Assembly: GCA_048886185.1 (NCBI GenBank)
Contig: JBHLKY010000020.1
Span: 49,550 to 81,549, forward strand
Direction of reading: 5' to 3'
Length of the DNA: 32,000 nt
Source of the DNA: Candidatus Hermodarchaeota archaeon
GTDB lineage: Archaea; Asgardarchaeota; Heimdallarchaeia; Hodarchaeales; Hodarchaeaceae
Below are positions 9,584 through 19,251 of this stretch, one piece after another. Every line of letters begins with the position of its first letter. Position 1 is the first letter of the stretch. The translations under genes and the position numbers were made by a program. Below the pieces are notes generated by a model, which was given only the letters and a program-made list of their open reading frames with translations, was not told the DNA's origin and did no database searches.

Positions 9584-10507
9584 CTATATCGAAAAGGCAA
9601 TTGCTGGGTTTTCGACAGTGATCTTTTGAATCAAATTATCTTGAATTCCATGGTCGTGTAACATCGGCAAGAATTCGGTGATGAATGGACTAAATGGTCT
9701 TATTTCGCCTCCATTGGGTTCTCCCACGAAGAAACAACCGGCATCTTGTGACAGTAGGATTTGATCCTGATACTCTTGATCAAGCAATATGTCCAAGATA
9801 TTGATTATCTTATCATTTTGACCTTCTTGGCCGACTCCATCGAGCTCTATCCAAGCTCCTCGTTCAGCAACTTGTGAAATAAGTTCAATTTTCTCTTCAA
9901 TGTTTGCATGTACAAAGATCCATTTTTGTGGATTTACATCATATGCCTCAAGAACTTCAAGGATTTGTATTGCTTTCTCTCCAAAACATGTATGAGTGGC
10001 TATTGTAAGATTTGTCTTTTTTGAAACTACTGCTGCCACTTCAATCAATTTCTTTTCGATATCAGTAAATTTCCCACCATCTACAGCAGTTTTAATGAAA
10101 CCTGGTTTAATTCCTGTACCTTCTATACCTTCATTTGCTTCTTGAATCCATTGACCTGCTAATTTTTCGATTGATTGAGTATAGGCTTGCTTTGGAATAT
10201 ATGGTTCTCGGCCATATAAGCCTGTATTTGTAAGAATATTTAGCTTTGTTCTATTTGCCAATTCTTTTAGAATGGAAACATCTCTTGCAAGATACATTGG
10301 TGTACAATCAATAAATGTTGTTACACCGAGCTTTTGGATGTCCATTAGATATGGAAACATGACTTTAATGACTTCTTTAGGATTGTATCTGTGCTTGCCA
10401 GTTTCTTCAGCACCAATAAAATCTACCAAAATATGTTCATGTGGAAGGGTGAAACCCATTTTATTTGATTGGATTTCACCCGTTACTGTCATTATTTTTT
10501 GATTCAT
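9584..10507 (-). CDS. phosphotriesterase-family (PTE/PHP-like) amidohydrolase
   Basis: HEH, GFIK (carbamylated Lys position), ATH, VHAN and SQDAG: a full binuclear metal ligand set. Confidence 0.92.
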   Translation of the reverse strand: MNQKIMTVTGEIQSNKMGFTLPHEHILVDFIGAEETGKHRYNPKEVIKVMFPYLMDIQKLGVTTFIDCTPMYLARDVSILKELANRTKLNILTNTGLYGREPYIPKQAYTQSIEKLAGQWIQEANEGIEGTGIKPGFIKTAVDGGKFTDIEKKLIEVAAVVSKKTNLTIATHTCFGEKAIQILEVLEAYDVNPQKWIFVHANIEEKIELISQVAERGAWIELDGVGQEGQNDKIINILDILLDQEYQDQILLSQDAGCFFVGEPNGGEIRPFSPFITEFLPMLHDHGIQDNLIQKITVENPAIAFSI

Positions 10508-10582
10508 TATAAATCCCTAATTAAAGTTATTTATGAGCTGATAATTAATTTGATTCGTTGAAACAGTAAAATTATTACTAGA

Positions 10583-11077
10583 TCAATTAAAATCATAAAT
10601 GAACGGAGGTTTAATTCCTAGTATACGTAAATATAAGCATAATTGTCCTCTGTGATGAATAGTTTCCTCAAGGATCGTTGATAATGACTCAAATCCTCCC
10701 ATTTTAACACCACCCCAGCAGTTATAAGTAATTTGTTTATCCATGTCTTCCTCCGTTAATTTTTCGACCGTTTCTTGAATAAATTGTTTAACTTTCCCAC
10801 CATATTCTACAATTTCTTTTGAAGAATCAATTTTTTGGGGATCGAAGGGAATAAGATTGTAATCCTCATTATTGAACTCGCCTTTCAAAGCCCCAGCTGT
10901 TAGGGTTAATGAACCCTGGTAAACATGAATACCAAGTTCTGCTATCGTCATTGCATCCTCACTAGGTTTCCAATTGAGTTTATTATCGGGAATTAATAAA
11001 ATTGCTTTATCTAATGTCTTCATTGCCATATTCAATGCATAATGTAATTGACCCTTCACATTTTCTAATTTTTGCAT
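10583..11077 (-). CDS. DinB/YfiT-like family protein
   Basis: WKP...MTIAELGIH and ETIHHRGQLCLYLRILGIKPP. GGTGA SD. Confidence 0.88.
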   Translation of the reverse strand: MQKLENVKGQLHYALNMAMKTLDKAILLIPDNKLNWKPSEDAMTIAELGIHVYQGSLTLTAGALKGEFNNEDYNLIPFDPQKIDSSKEIVEYGGKVKQFIQETVEKLTEEDMDKQITYNCWGGVKMGGFESLSTILEETIHHRGQLCLYLRILGIKPPFIYDFN

Positions 11078-11337
11078 AATTCTTCACCCTTTTTCATCAT
11101 TAATTGAACTAGTAAGTTAATTTAAATGTCAGTGGCTTACATAAATCTGGATTTTTGATATTTTTGTCAGAAAAATTCCTTTAAGCATCGTATTAAAGAT
11201 ATTCTTCGATACATGTTGTTTTATGAAAAACTAATGTTATGAGTTAAAAAATATTTCAATGGTTTTATAGTTTTTAGCTATATTTGTCTGTTTAAATGAT
11301 TTTAATAAATTATCCGAATTAATTGGTGGATTAGTGA

Positions 11338-11739
11338 ATGCAAAAAGAAATCATCATTATTGATGGCATAAAGAGGCCAACAAGTCCATTTAATCATGTT
11401 GTTAAAGCTGGCGATATATTATTTCTTTCTAGCCAATTATCTTGTGATTTGAAAACAGGTGATATTATTCCTGGAACGATTAAGCAGCAAACACAGAAAG
11501 CATTACAAAATGTACAATTTTTATTAGAATCTTCAGGTACTTCAATGGATAATATTGTGAAGGTTACGATCTTTATGAAAGATGTGAATGAATTTAATCA
11601 GATGAATCAAGTATATCGAGAATTTTTTAAAGTTGGACATGAACCCACTCGTGTAACAATCCAAGCTCTTTCGCCAATCGAGGGAATAAAGATTGAGATT
11701 GAAGTAATCGCGGTAATTACAGCTAAACTAAACGATTAA
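11338..11739 (+). CDS. ridA: Rid (YjgF/YER057c/UK114) family imine/enamine deaminase
   Basis: FLSSQL, IVKVTIF, MNQVYREFF, PTR (catalytic Arg) and IEIEVIA motifs. Confidence 0.9.
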   Translation: MQKEIIIIDGIKRPTSPFNHVVKAGDILFLSSQLSCDLKTGDIIPGTIKQQTQKALQNVQFLLESSGTSMDNIVKVTIFMKDVNEFNQMNQVYREFFKVGHEPTRVTIQALSPIEGIKIEIEVIAVITAKLND

Positions 11740-11938
11740 TAACCTCTATACAATCCCTTGTATTATGATAGGGGCCTTTCCGGAATCCAACTCTATCCCC
11801 CGTTATGATAACTTGGTTGAATTTATCAATTATGGCGTTCAATTCTCCATATTCAGTATTAATAATGAATTTTATAACATAATCCTAGATATCAATTTTC
11901 AATTCAATTATTTTAAATTTCATGTAAATTAACGGCAT
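11723..11938 (-). pseudogene. small ORF interrupted by an in-frame TAG (probable pseudogene)
   Basis: ATG 11938 or 11923 gives MKFKIIELKIDI*(TAG 11887-11885)DYVIKFIINTEYGELNAIIDKFNQVIITGDRVGFRKGPYHNTRDCIEVINRLV* (TAG ending at 11723). Confidence 0.35.
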
Positions 11939-11950
11939 TTCAAAGATTAA

Positions 11951-12070
11951 TTATCCTAAAGATGATCTCCATTGCTTAGCAGCTCGTTCTGAATATAAAA
12001 TCCCAGACTCCTCGTATTCCTTTGTTTTCAATAATAGATTAGCTCGCTTTTTCCTATTATCTTCAGTCAT
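11951..12070 (-). pseudogene. short ORF or gene remnant (39 aa, helical TPR-like look)
   Basis: MTEDNRKKRANLLLKTKEYEESGILYSERAAKQWRSSLG*. Resembles the start of a helical-repeat protein; no continuation found. Confidence 0.25.
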
Positions 12071-12188
12071 TGTTTTTTGAGATTTATTCGATTCAATATC
12101 ATAATAAAGGAAAACTATTGAATTCTTAAAGGAAACAAAAAAGTTTGGGAAAAAAACCAAGAAACTACATTATATAATCAATAGAAAC

Positions 12189-13022
12189 TTATGGGGGATT
12201 GAATTTTACTATTGAAGCTTCAATCTTCTCCCCAAGAACAGTAGGATTCAGGGAACCTAGATCATACTTCTCTGCTTCAACCAAGTGAAGAACTTCTTCA
12301 GGTTTAAATCCCATAATCCTAGCCATAGTGGCATCTGTTGACACAGCTTTCCTTCCTATTATGAATCTATCTAAGCGTCTTGATTTTGGCCCTGCCCAAC
12401 CCTCAAGACCTACTCTAGCGTCAACAATACAGAGGTTAGGCCGAACTAACCTATTTATGTCAACAATTACATCGTTAATATGGGGATGATAAAATGTTTG
12501 ATCCTTTCTAGGGAGTAGGCCAAAAGCATTCTTCAATGTTCCAGTTAAAAAAGTCAAGAAATGAGTTTTTGCTACTGCTAAAGAAATTAAAAACTTTGAA
12601 CCAAGAAGAATCTCAGGTAACTTGGGATTCTTAAAATACCTTCCTTCGAAATTGATTTCAATTGTTGGGGAATGAGTAAGATTAATTAATGATACATCAG
12701 AGCCAGACATTTGCATTTTTTCTTCTAAACTTTTATAACCAAATTTGATATAAGCTTCATCAGCAAACTTGCTTGTACTGTCTGACTCCACAATTTTAAT
12801 AGATAGATCTCGGTTTTCTTTAAGAATCAATTTTATTAACGCTTCAACTACTAGTACATCATTTACTGCAAAACCAGTCTTATCTACCTGCGTACAAATA
12901 TTTGGTTTGATCAAGACGGGCGATTTCAGGTTCTCAAAACCATTAATAAGACCAATACCATTCTCTAGAGTCTTTCTGATATTTTTTTCATATTTCACCA
13001 AAGCTACAGAATCCAATATCAT
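12189..13022 (-). CDS. DUF362 domain-containing protein
   Basis: VLIKPNI, IVESD, KTH...TGTLKNAFG and DATMARIMGF motifs. Starts 23 nt after the LLM gene. Confidence 0.85.
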   Translation of the reverse strand: MILDSVALVKYEKNIRKTLENGIGLINGFENLKSPVLIKPNICTQVDKTGFAVNDVLVVEALIKLILKENRDLSIKIVESDSTSKFADEAYIKFGYKSLEEKMQMSGSDVSLINLTHSPTIEINFEGRYFKNPKLPEILLGSKFLISLAVAKTHFLTFLTGTLKNAFGLLPRKDQTFYHPHINDVIVDINRLVRPNLCIVDARVGLEGWAGPKSRRLDRFIIGRKAVSTDATMARIMGFKPEEVLHLVEAEKYDLGSLNPTVLGEKIEASIVKFNPP

Positions 13023-13045
13023 CAGCTACCACTAAAAGCTATTGT

Positions 13046-13900
13046 CTAATCAACATTGGGAGGGCCTCTTTGAATACGTGTGAGAAGCTCTTCTTCAGTA
13101 CCAATCCAATCATTGATGTGTTCCATAAACCAGGTTGCCCCAGCTTCAAACCATGGCTGAACGATTTCGGTATCTTTCGACGTATCAATGCCTGTAGTTG
13201 TACCACCACCTACAACTTCAAACCCTTCAAGATTACCTCTCTTATTCTTTATAATGTTTAATACATCTTTTAACTTGTCAGGACCAAATTCAACACCAAA
13301 CTCTGCTGCAGGAACAACACCTTCATAATTTGCAGCACGATAAAAAGGTAATTTATTAGGCCAATATCCAGCAATCCAAATGGGAATTCTTGGTTCCTGA
13401 AGTGGTTTAGGAATAAATGTTACCTCTTTGATAGTAAAATGTTTACCATTATAAAAGAAGGGTTTTCCTTCCCATAATCCTATAAGAATCTCTAAACCTT
13501 CATCAAGTTTTTCAGCTCTGATTCTTGGCTCCACTGGCTCATTAAAAAGCTCAAATTCCTCAAAAGTACCTCCTAATCCAAAACCAAGTATCAGTCGTCC
13601 TCCTGATAAGTGATCCAAAGTGACAGCTTCTCTCGCCACTTTCCATGGTCTCCTACGCGCCAAAGGTGTCACCATAGGCCCCAGTTTTATTCTTTCAGTT
13701 TTTGCTGCAACAGCGGACAGGATTATCCAAGGATCTAATACTTTTAATGTGTGATTATCCCAAAAACCCCAAATATGGTCCCAGATGAAAAAACCATCCC
13801 ATCCCGCATCTTCAGCTGCTTCTGCGCAATCAATGTGAAATTCAATTCCCTTCTTCTGGTGTCGACCTATAAAACATATTATATTGATTCCATACTTCAC
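13046..13900 (-). CDS. LLM-class flavin/F420-dependent oxidoreductase (paralog of 6560-7399)
   Basis: WDGFFIWDH, DPWIILSAVAAKT, RRRPWKVARE and LDHLSGGRLILGFGLG. GTG start. Confidence 0.92.
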   Translation of the reverse strand: MKYGINIICFIGRHQKKGIEFHIDCAEAAEDAGWDGFFIWDHIWGFWDNHTLKVLDPWIILSAVAAKTERIKLGPMVTPLARRRPWKVAREAVTLDHLSGGRLILGFGLGGTFEEFELFNEPVEPRIRAEKLDEGLEILIGLWEGKPFFYNGKHFTIKEVTFIPKPLQEPRIPIWIAGYWPNKLPFYRAANYEGVVPAAEFGVEFGPDKLKDVLNIIKNKRGNLEGFEVVGGGTTTGIDTSKDTEIVQPWFEAGATWFMEHINDWIGTEEELLTRIQRGPPNVD

Positions 13901-14112
13901 GTTATTACACTGTCCTTATTTTTTTGAATTCCTACTTTGCTTTTTAATTGTGATAGATACAAAGAAGACTACTCTATATTCCTAAAAAGTAAATTTTAAT
14001 TTCTAGTATGAAATATATGATGTTGTTAATCCAGACCAGTTCTAAAGTAACCTTGCCTAGAAAGAGCTTCCCTAGTATTTTTATCTCAATTTTTACAAAA
14101 GAAGCTTGCACT

Positions 14113-15105
14113 CTAAAGATTAGTAACTTTCAAATTTCTAACAAAATCTTGGAGAGAATTAATTTCGTTTTGGTTTTTCATCATATCGTTTTTATTAATT
14201 TGTATAAACCATCCTTTATTTCTAAGCATTCCTGACTGGGTAATGTATTTAGATTCATCTATTAGTTGCTCAAACCTAACATCTAATCCCATTTTTTGTA
14301 AAATTTCGATATAATCAACTAAATTTGATTTATAGGTTAAATGAAAGGAATTTTTAAACATTTTTCGTTTTTCAAGAAATAAACCTGCTGATATGGTTAA
14401 TATCATATCACTATCTTTTTTGATCCTTTGAACTTTACCAAAATGCAATAAAATCCATAAAAATTGCATAACATTCCTTCGAATTGCCAGAAAATCATAA
14501 TATCCTGCATATGTATTCATATCTTGAATCCCAAAATTTGAATCATTTAAAACATTTAGAAAACCAATATCATTCATTAGATGTAATTTAGTTTCTTGGT
14601 TGATTCCATTATCAAAGAAATCGCTCAAGATACCGACTTTGGAAACGCTTTTAGGCTTCTTGATTTCATCTTGCGGGATATTTCTTAGGATTTTATTAAG
14701 AATTGTTATTCTATGGAAAGGTTTTATGAATTGGTTAAAATCTTGTTTAATATTTTCATTATTTTTGTATCTATTTTTAAAATCAGCATAAGAAATCATT
14801 TTTTGTTTTGTTAATTGATCACACGGATATTTAGAGCAATATGCACAATTCTGAATATTATTATAAGTTACACATTTTCGTATTAAACAGGATTTAATAT
14901 TAAAGGAAACTTTTGAATTTTTAGGTAATTCATCGTATTGTGATTGACAACCGGGACAAGGTGCGATAGTCAACTCAGTACCCATGTAAGTGACACATTT
15001 CTTATTAAATAGTTTCAATGCTTGTTTTGTGCTTATTTTTTTTCTAGAATCTATCGACCATGCACAATTTATGCAATCATGTCCACATTTTGCTATATTT
15101 TCCAT
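14113..15105 (-). CDS. DUF3795-like Cys-rich domain protein with long C-terminal extension
   Basis: CGHDCINC, CPGC, C..IRKC and NCAYCSKYPC pattern in the N-terminal about 95 aa. GGAGG SD. Confidence 0.78.
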   Translation of the reverse strand: MENIAKCGHDCINCAWSIDSRKKISTKQALKLFNKKCVTYMGTELTIAPCPGCQSQYDELPKNSKVSFNIKSCLIRKCVTYNNIQNCAYCSKYPCDQLTKQKMISYADFKNRYKNNENIKQDFNQFIKPFHRITILNKILRNIPQDEIKKPKSVSKVGILSDFFDNGINQETKLHLMNDIGFLNVLNDSNFGIQDMNTYAGYYDFLAIRRNVMQFLWILLHFGKVQRIKKDSDMILTISAGLFLEKRKMFKNSFHLTYKSNLVDYIEILQKMGLDVRFEQLIDESKYITQSGMLRNKGWFIQINKNDMMKNQNEINSLQDFVRNLKVTNL

Positions 15106-15222
15106 TGCTATCTTACCTCCTTAGTTAACATTCATAAATAAGGTGTTTTATATTTTCGATATATTGATGAATTCTTATCATGTTGTTTAATCAAAACTAT
15201 TTCTACTGGTCCTCTTGCCTAT

Positions 15223-15771
15223 TCAAGACTGAGTAGAGAGATTTGTTACAAATCTTTTACTAGAAATTTCCTTTAAAAAGGTCATATAATCAAGATCTAT
15301 CGTCTCTTCTTCAACGATTTTTAACGCGATCATGAACTGGCCAGAATGATATATTAAGTGGTTAAAAAATGTAAAAAAGAAATCATTTCCTAGATATATT
15401 TCCTCATTATTAAATACAACAGTTTTTTCAATATTATCTAGCAATAATTCCTTAAATTCAATATAATGCTTTTCCCATCGCCCAAGTAGCTGTTCTTTTG
15501 TAAGAAGACGATAATTTTGGATTGTAGCATTTTCATCCCAAGTTAAACACTTGATTATATGACTCCCATACTCCAATCCAATCATACAGTGTTCAACTAT
15601 GGATCTTAGCGATGATGTTGGACATTCAGTATCGTTAACAAATTTTGACTTAATATCCTGGTTGAATTTCTCGTCAGTAAGCTTTTCAAGATATTTGCTG
15701 AGCTTTTCATTTACCCATAATGAGTATTCAGCAATTTGCACAATAAAACTAGAATTTTTCTTCACTTGCAT
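15223..15771 (-). CDS. DinB family protein
   Basis: YSLWVNEKL, SLRSIVEH and FNHLIYHSGQ (His triad). Confidence 0.82.
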   Translation of the reverse strand: MQVKKNSSFIVQIAEYSLWVNEKLSKYLEKLTDEKFNQDIKSKFVNDTECPTSSLRSIVEHCMIGLEYGSHIIKCLTWDENATIQNYRLLTKEQLLGRWEKHYIEFKELLLDNIEKTVVFNNEEIYLGNDFFFTFFNHLIYHSGQFMIALKIVEEETIDLDYMTFLKEISSKRFVTNLSTQS

Positions 15772-15782
15772 CTCCGGCTCTT

Positions 15783-16814
15783 TTATTCATAGGTGGTTGG
15801 TTTGGTTACTGATGTAATTTCTTGTTCTCCAAGGCCTTTGAAATAAAACTCTTTAGAAGTTTTACACGTTATTTTCAGGAAGTTTTCGCCATCTCGAACC
15901 CCATTTAAATTTTCTTCTACTTGTCCAGTTTCCGATCCTTTCGTTATTCCCTCCTCATATCTAGATTGATGATAAAGTATCTGTAACAACCATCTAGTTC
16001 TGAGTATGAGGTGTAACCATTTTAATTCCGCTTTTGTTACAGGCGCTTCTTCTAGATAAGCAGTAATAAAATCATAGTATTGTCTTTTTCGTTCAGGTTG
16101 GTATAAATCACAATACATCATCATAGGAGCAATATCAAACAAAAGGAAATCGAAGTGAGCAGCGTTAAAGTCAATAATTCCCATATAATTCCCATCCTTA
16201 AAGAGGAAATCTTTTGGCCCTACATCACCATGTATGACAGCCATAGTTAGCTGATTTTTAGGTAAAGAATTTATTTCGTGTTCCCATTTTTCATATTGTT
16301 GTCTTATATACTCATTTTCAGGCATGTACTCTTCACTAGCTTCTATTACGTATGAAATCGTGTCCCATGGTTTAGCTGAAAGCCTCTTTTCACCTTTTTC
16401 TTTAACCATTTGAATGGATACTTGATGAATCCTACCCAATTCTCTTCCATAGAATGAAAGTACTGAATCTATTTTGTCTAATGTTTCATAATAAGTACCA
16501 GGTATAAATGATTGCACAACTATGACATTATCTTCGTATAAAAGACTGAATGTACCTTCTTTAGTCGTTACTGGCTTTGATGTTTTGATCCCATGATCTG
16601 CAAAATAATCATAAACTTCCATAATATATTCTACATTTCTTACTGAATCATAGATAAACCGAAGCACATATTCCCCTTTGTTTGTGCGAATATGATAATT
16701 GTCACTTTGAAATCCACTATTGAGCGCTTTTACTACTTTACTAAGTTCTCCAACATCGAAGTGTTCCACAATATTCCTGATTTTTCTATCATCAAGGATC
16801 ATTATAAGCCACAC
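15783..16814 (-). CDS. phosphotransferase, APH / homoserine-kinase-type-II family
   Basis: SDNYHI...YVLR, IHGDVGPKDFLF (Brenner-type motif with Asn to Asp) and GIIDF. The start may be a downstream ATG (MILDDRK). Confidence 0.85.
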   Translation of the reverse strand: MWLIMILDDRKIRNIVEHFDVGELSKVVKALNSGFQSDNYHIRTNKGEYVLRFIYDSVRNVEYIMEVYDYFADHGIKTSKPVTTKEGTFSLLYEDNVIVVQSFIPGTYYETLDKIDSVLSFYGRELGRIHQVSIQMVKEKGEKRLSAKPWDTISYVIEASEEYMPENEYIRQQYEKWEHEINSLPKNQLTMAVIHGDVGPKDFLFKDGNYMGIIDFNAAHFDFLLFDIAPMMMYCDLYQPERKRQYYDFITAYLEEAPVTKAELKWLHLILRTRWLLQILYHQSRYEEGITKGSETGQVEENLNGVRDGENFLKITCKTSKEFYFKGLGEQEITSVTKPTTYE

Positions 16815-16877
16815 TTGTTATAAACAGCATTTCAATATTGTCACATTCATATAGATATTTCAAAAGCTAAAACAAGT

Positions 16878-17675
16878 TTACGACACATTTTTTAATTTTA
16901 ATTGGAAAATTAATTGGGATGTGGGTGAAACTGGTTCATTTTGATAACTTCCAACTAGTAATTCTACCTCTAGTCCACTTTTTTCAAATAAGGTAAGGTA
17001 TTGGTCTTGGTACATGTATCGAGTTGTCCAAGTTGATTCAGTTCTCTCAATAATGTTATCTTCGGCATCAAAACATGTAAATCGAAGTTTTGTGTATATT
17101 AATTGTGCTTGTATATCTGCAGCTAATGCATCTTCAACTAAAATTGTCTTTCCAGAATTTTCTAAAGGGTATCTGTTTCTAACAGTCCAAATCATTCCTT
17201 GAGATTCTAAACATTTCTGTAAAAAATCTTGGTTTGGATTTGGTGCATTGAAGAGAAATCTTCCTTGAAATGCTAGATGTCTAGAGACACATTTTAAACA
17301 ATTTAATGCTTCTTGTTCAGATAAATTATGAAAGAACGCATCTACACAAATAATTGTATTAAACTTTTTCTTAAAAGAAAAATTATTCATGTCTTGTTTA
17401 AAAATCTCCACTCGCTGGTCAATTTCGATAGGTTCTCTTGAAAGTTTTTCACGGAAGCGAGAGAGCATTCCTTCAGATCGGTCAAAAGCAACAATACTAT
17501 GCCCTTCTCTTGCGAGAAGTATAGACATTCTCCCCGTTCCACTGGCAATGTCAAGAATTGGATCTCCGAAAGAATGAGCTTTTGCAAGGTACCATTTTAC
17601 TTCATGTTTTCCACTTATACCCACTGTTTCATCATAATACTTCACAATAGGGTCTTCAGTCATTGAACCATACAT
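16878..17675 (-). CDS. class I SAM-dependent methyltransferase
   Basis: ILDIASGTGR motif I, AFDRSEGML, and QDM motifs. Confidence 0.9.
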   Translation of the reverse strand: MYGSMTEDPIVKYYDETVGISGKHEVKWYLAKAHSFGDPILDIASGTGRMSILLAREGHSIVAFDRSEGMLSRFREKLSREPIEIDQRVEIFKQDMNNFSFKKKFNTIICVDAFFHNLSEQEALNCLKCVSRHLAFQGRFLFNAPNPNQDFLQKCLESQGMIWTVRNRYPLENSGKTILVEDALAADIQAQLIYTKLRFTCFDAEDNIIERTESTWTTRYMYQDQYLTLFEKSGLEVELLVGSYQNEPVSPTSQLIFQLKLKNVS

Positions 17676-17740
17676 TCATATCCCAAAACTAATGTATTAT
17701 TAATGAAGATTGAAATTTAGAATTCTGGTCTTGTTAGTTA

Positions 17741-18325
17741 TCAGAGTTTCTTTACAATCCGACAGGGATTACCTACCGCTACCACATTAGGAGGAATATC
17801 CTTCGTGACTACAGAACCTGCTCCAATTGTGCTATCAGCACCAATTGTTACTCCAGGTAGTATTATAACACCTGAACCAATCCATGATTGTTTCCCAATT
17901 GAAATTTTATAGGCTAATTCTGAACCCAAGGTTCTTAATTCAGCATCAAGTGGATGAGTGGCTGTAATTATTTGAACGTTTGATCCTATTTGTACTTTTT
18001 TCCCAATGTGTACTCGATTAGGATCTAAAATTGTACAATTGAAATTCATATAAACGCTCTCATCCAAGAATATGTTGTACCCATAATCACAATAAAATGG
18101 TGGCTCGATCCAACAATTATTTCCTAATTTACCAAGAAAATTAGTTAGAATTTGCCTCCGTACTTCATAGAGCTCAGTCAAAGAAAATTCTTCTTCTGAA
18201 GTCCCATTAAATTTTCTCAATACTTGTCGAGCTTTGTATCTATCTCTCATTAGAGAACTCTCTCCAGCATTGTAGAATTCCCCATCAAGCATTTTTTGTT
18301 TTTCTGTTTTTTCTGGATTTACCAA
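17741..18325 (-). CDS. maa: sugar O-acetyltransferase (maltose O-acetyltransferase family)
   Basis: EKQKMLDGEFY, IEPPFYCDYGYNI, TATHP and hexapeptide repeats ending in VVAVGNPCRIVK. Confidence 0.92.
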   Translation of the reverse strand: MVNPEKTEKQKMLDGEFYNAGESSLMRDRYKARQVLRKFNGTSEEEFSLTELYEVRRQILTNFLGKLGNNCWIEPPFYCDYGYNIFLDESVYMNFNCTILDPNRVHIGKKVQIGSNVQIITATHPLDAELRTLGSELAYKISIGKQSWIGSGVIILPGVTIGADSTIGAGSVVTKDIPPNVVAVGNPCRIVKKL

Positions 18326-18431
18326 ATTACTTACCTCTCTATAAATTATGAGAGAATTATAGACTTTTTAGAGGCTAGATATTTAAGAAAAAGAATATCG
18401 TTTCTCAGCATTTATATTTATACAAGAAAAT

Positions 18432-19205
18432 GTGTCTGTACACACTATGAAGGTATATTCATTGATAGAATTAGATGCTTCCTATCTTTCTGATTTGGTA
18501 AATAGATTACTTGATGATTTGAGGAAAGTCAGTAGGGAATTTATTTACGAATCTATTCATAATACAATAGATGAATATGGATATAAAAGATTAGGAATAC
18601 GTGTTCCTGCCATCCGTAAGATTACAGCTCCATATTGGAAAGAATTGAGAGAAAAAGGAATAAAAAATGCGGATGTAGTATTTAAAGTATGCGAACATCT
18701 ATATTCTAAGAAAATTACTGAGTTAAGGCTCATTGCGACAGATTGGAGTTTTAATGTCAAAAATCAATTTAAGGCCAGTCATTTTGATGTTCTAGAATCT
18801 TGGATTAAAAGACATTTCACGAGTTGGGGAAGCTGTGATTCTTTTTGCACAAGAACAATGGGATACTTTCTTCTGCATCATCCAAAGTTTATACCAGATG
18901 TAAAACAATGGACTAAATCAGCAAATCCCTGGGTCCGACGTGCAGCTGCGGTATCATTCATTTATGGATTAAGGAGAGAAAAATTTCTTCAAGATTGTTT
19001 TGATGTTGCAAATACTTTATTAAATGATTCAGATATTTATGTACTCAAAGGGTATGGCTGGATGCTAAAAGAAGCAAGCAATAAATTCAGAGATGAAGTT
19101 TTCAATTATGTTATAGAAAATAAAAGCATAATGCCACGAGTGTCATTACGTTATGCTATTGAGAAGATGCCCAAAGAGATGAGAAGAGTAGCAATGGAAA
19201 AATAA
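18432..19205 (+). CDS. DNA alkylation repair protein (AlkD-like HEAT-repeat family)
   Basis: LGIRVP, SWGSCD, WVRRAAAV, VLKGYGWMLKE and LRYAIEK motifs. The start may be ATG 18447. Confidence 0.85.
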   Translation: MSVHTMKVYSLIELDASYLSDLVNRLLDDLRKVSREFIYESIHNTIDEYGYKRLGIRVPAIRKITAPYWKELREKGIKNADVVFKVCEHLYSKKITELRLIATDWSFNVKNQFKASHFDVLESWIKRHFTSWGSCDSFCTRTMGYFLLHHPKFIPDVKQWTKSANPWVRRAAAVSFIYGLRREKFLQDCFDVANTLLNDSDIYVLKGYGWMLKEASNKFRDEVFNYVIENKSIMPRVSLRYAIEKMPKEMRRVAMEK

Positions 19206-19251
19206 GTCATGCAGTTAAGAAGAAATAAGAGAGTTTTGAAGAGGAACAAAG

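Noticed and set aside
13970-14113. Frameshift or readthrough extension of the DUF3795 gene
   Set aside because: Readthrough adds only 8 residues before TGA. The alternative open frame gives a hydrophobic peptide with no supporting motif or slippery site.
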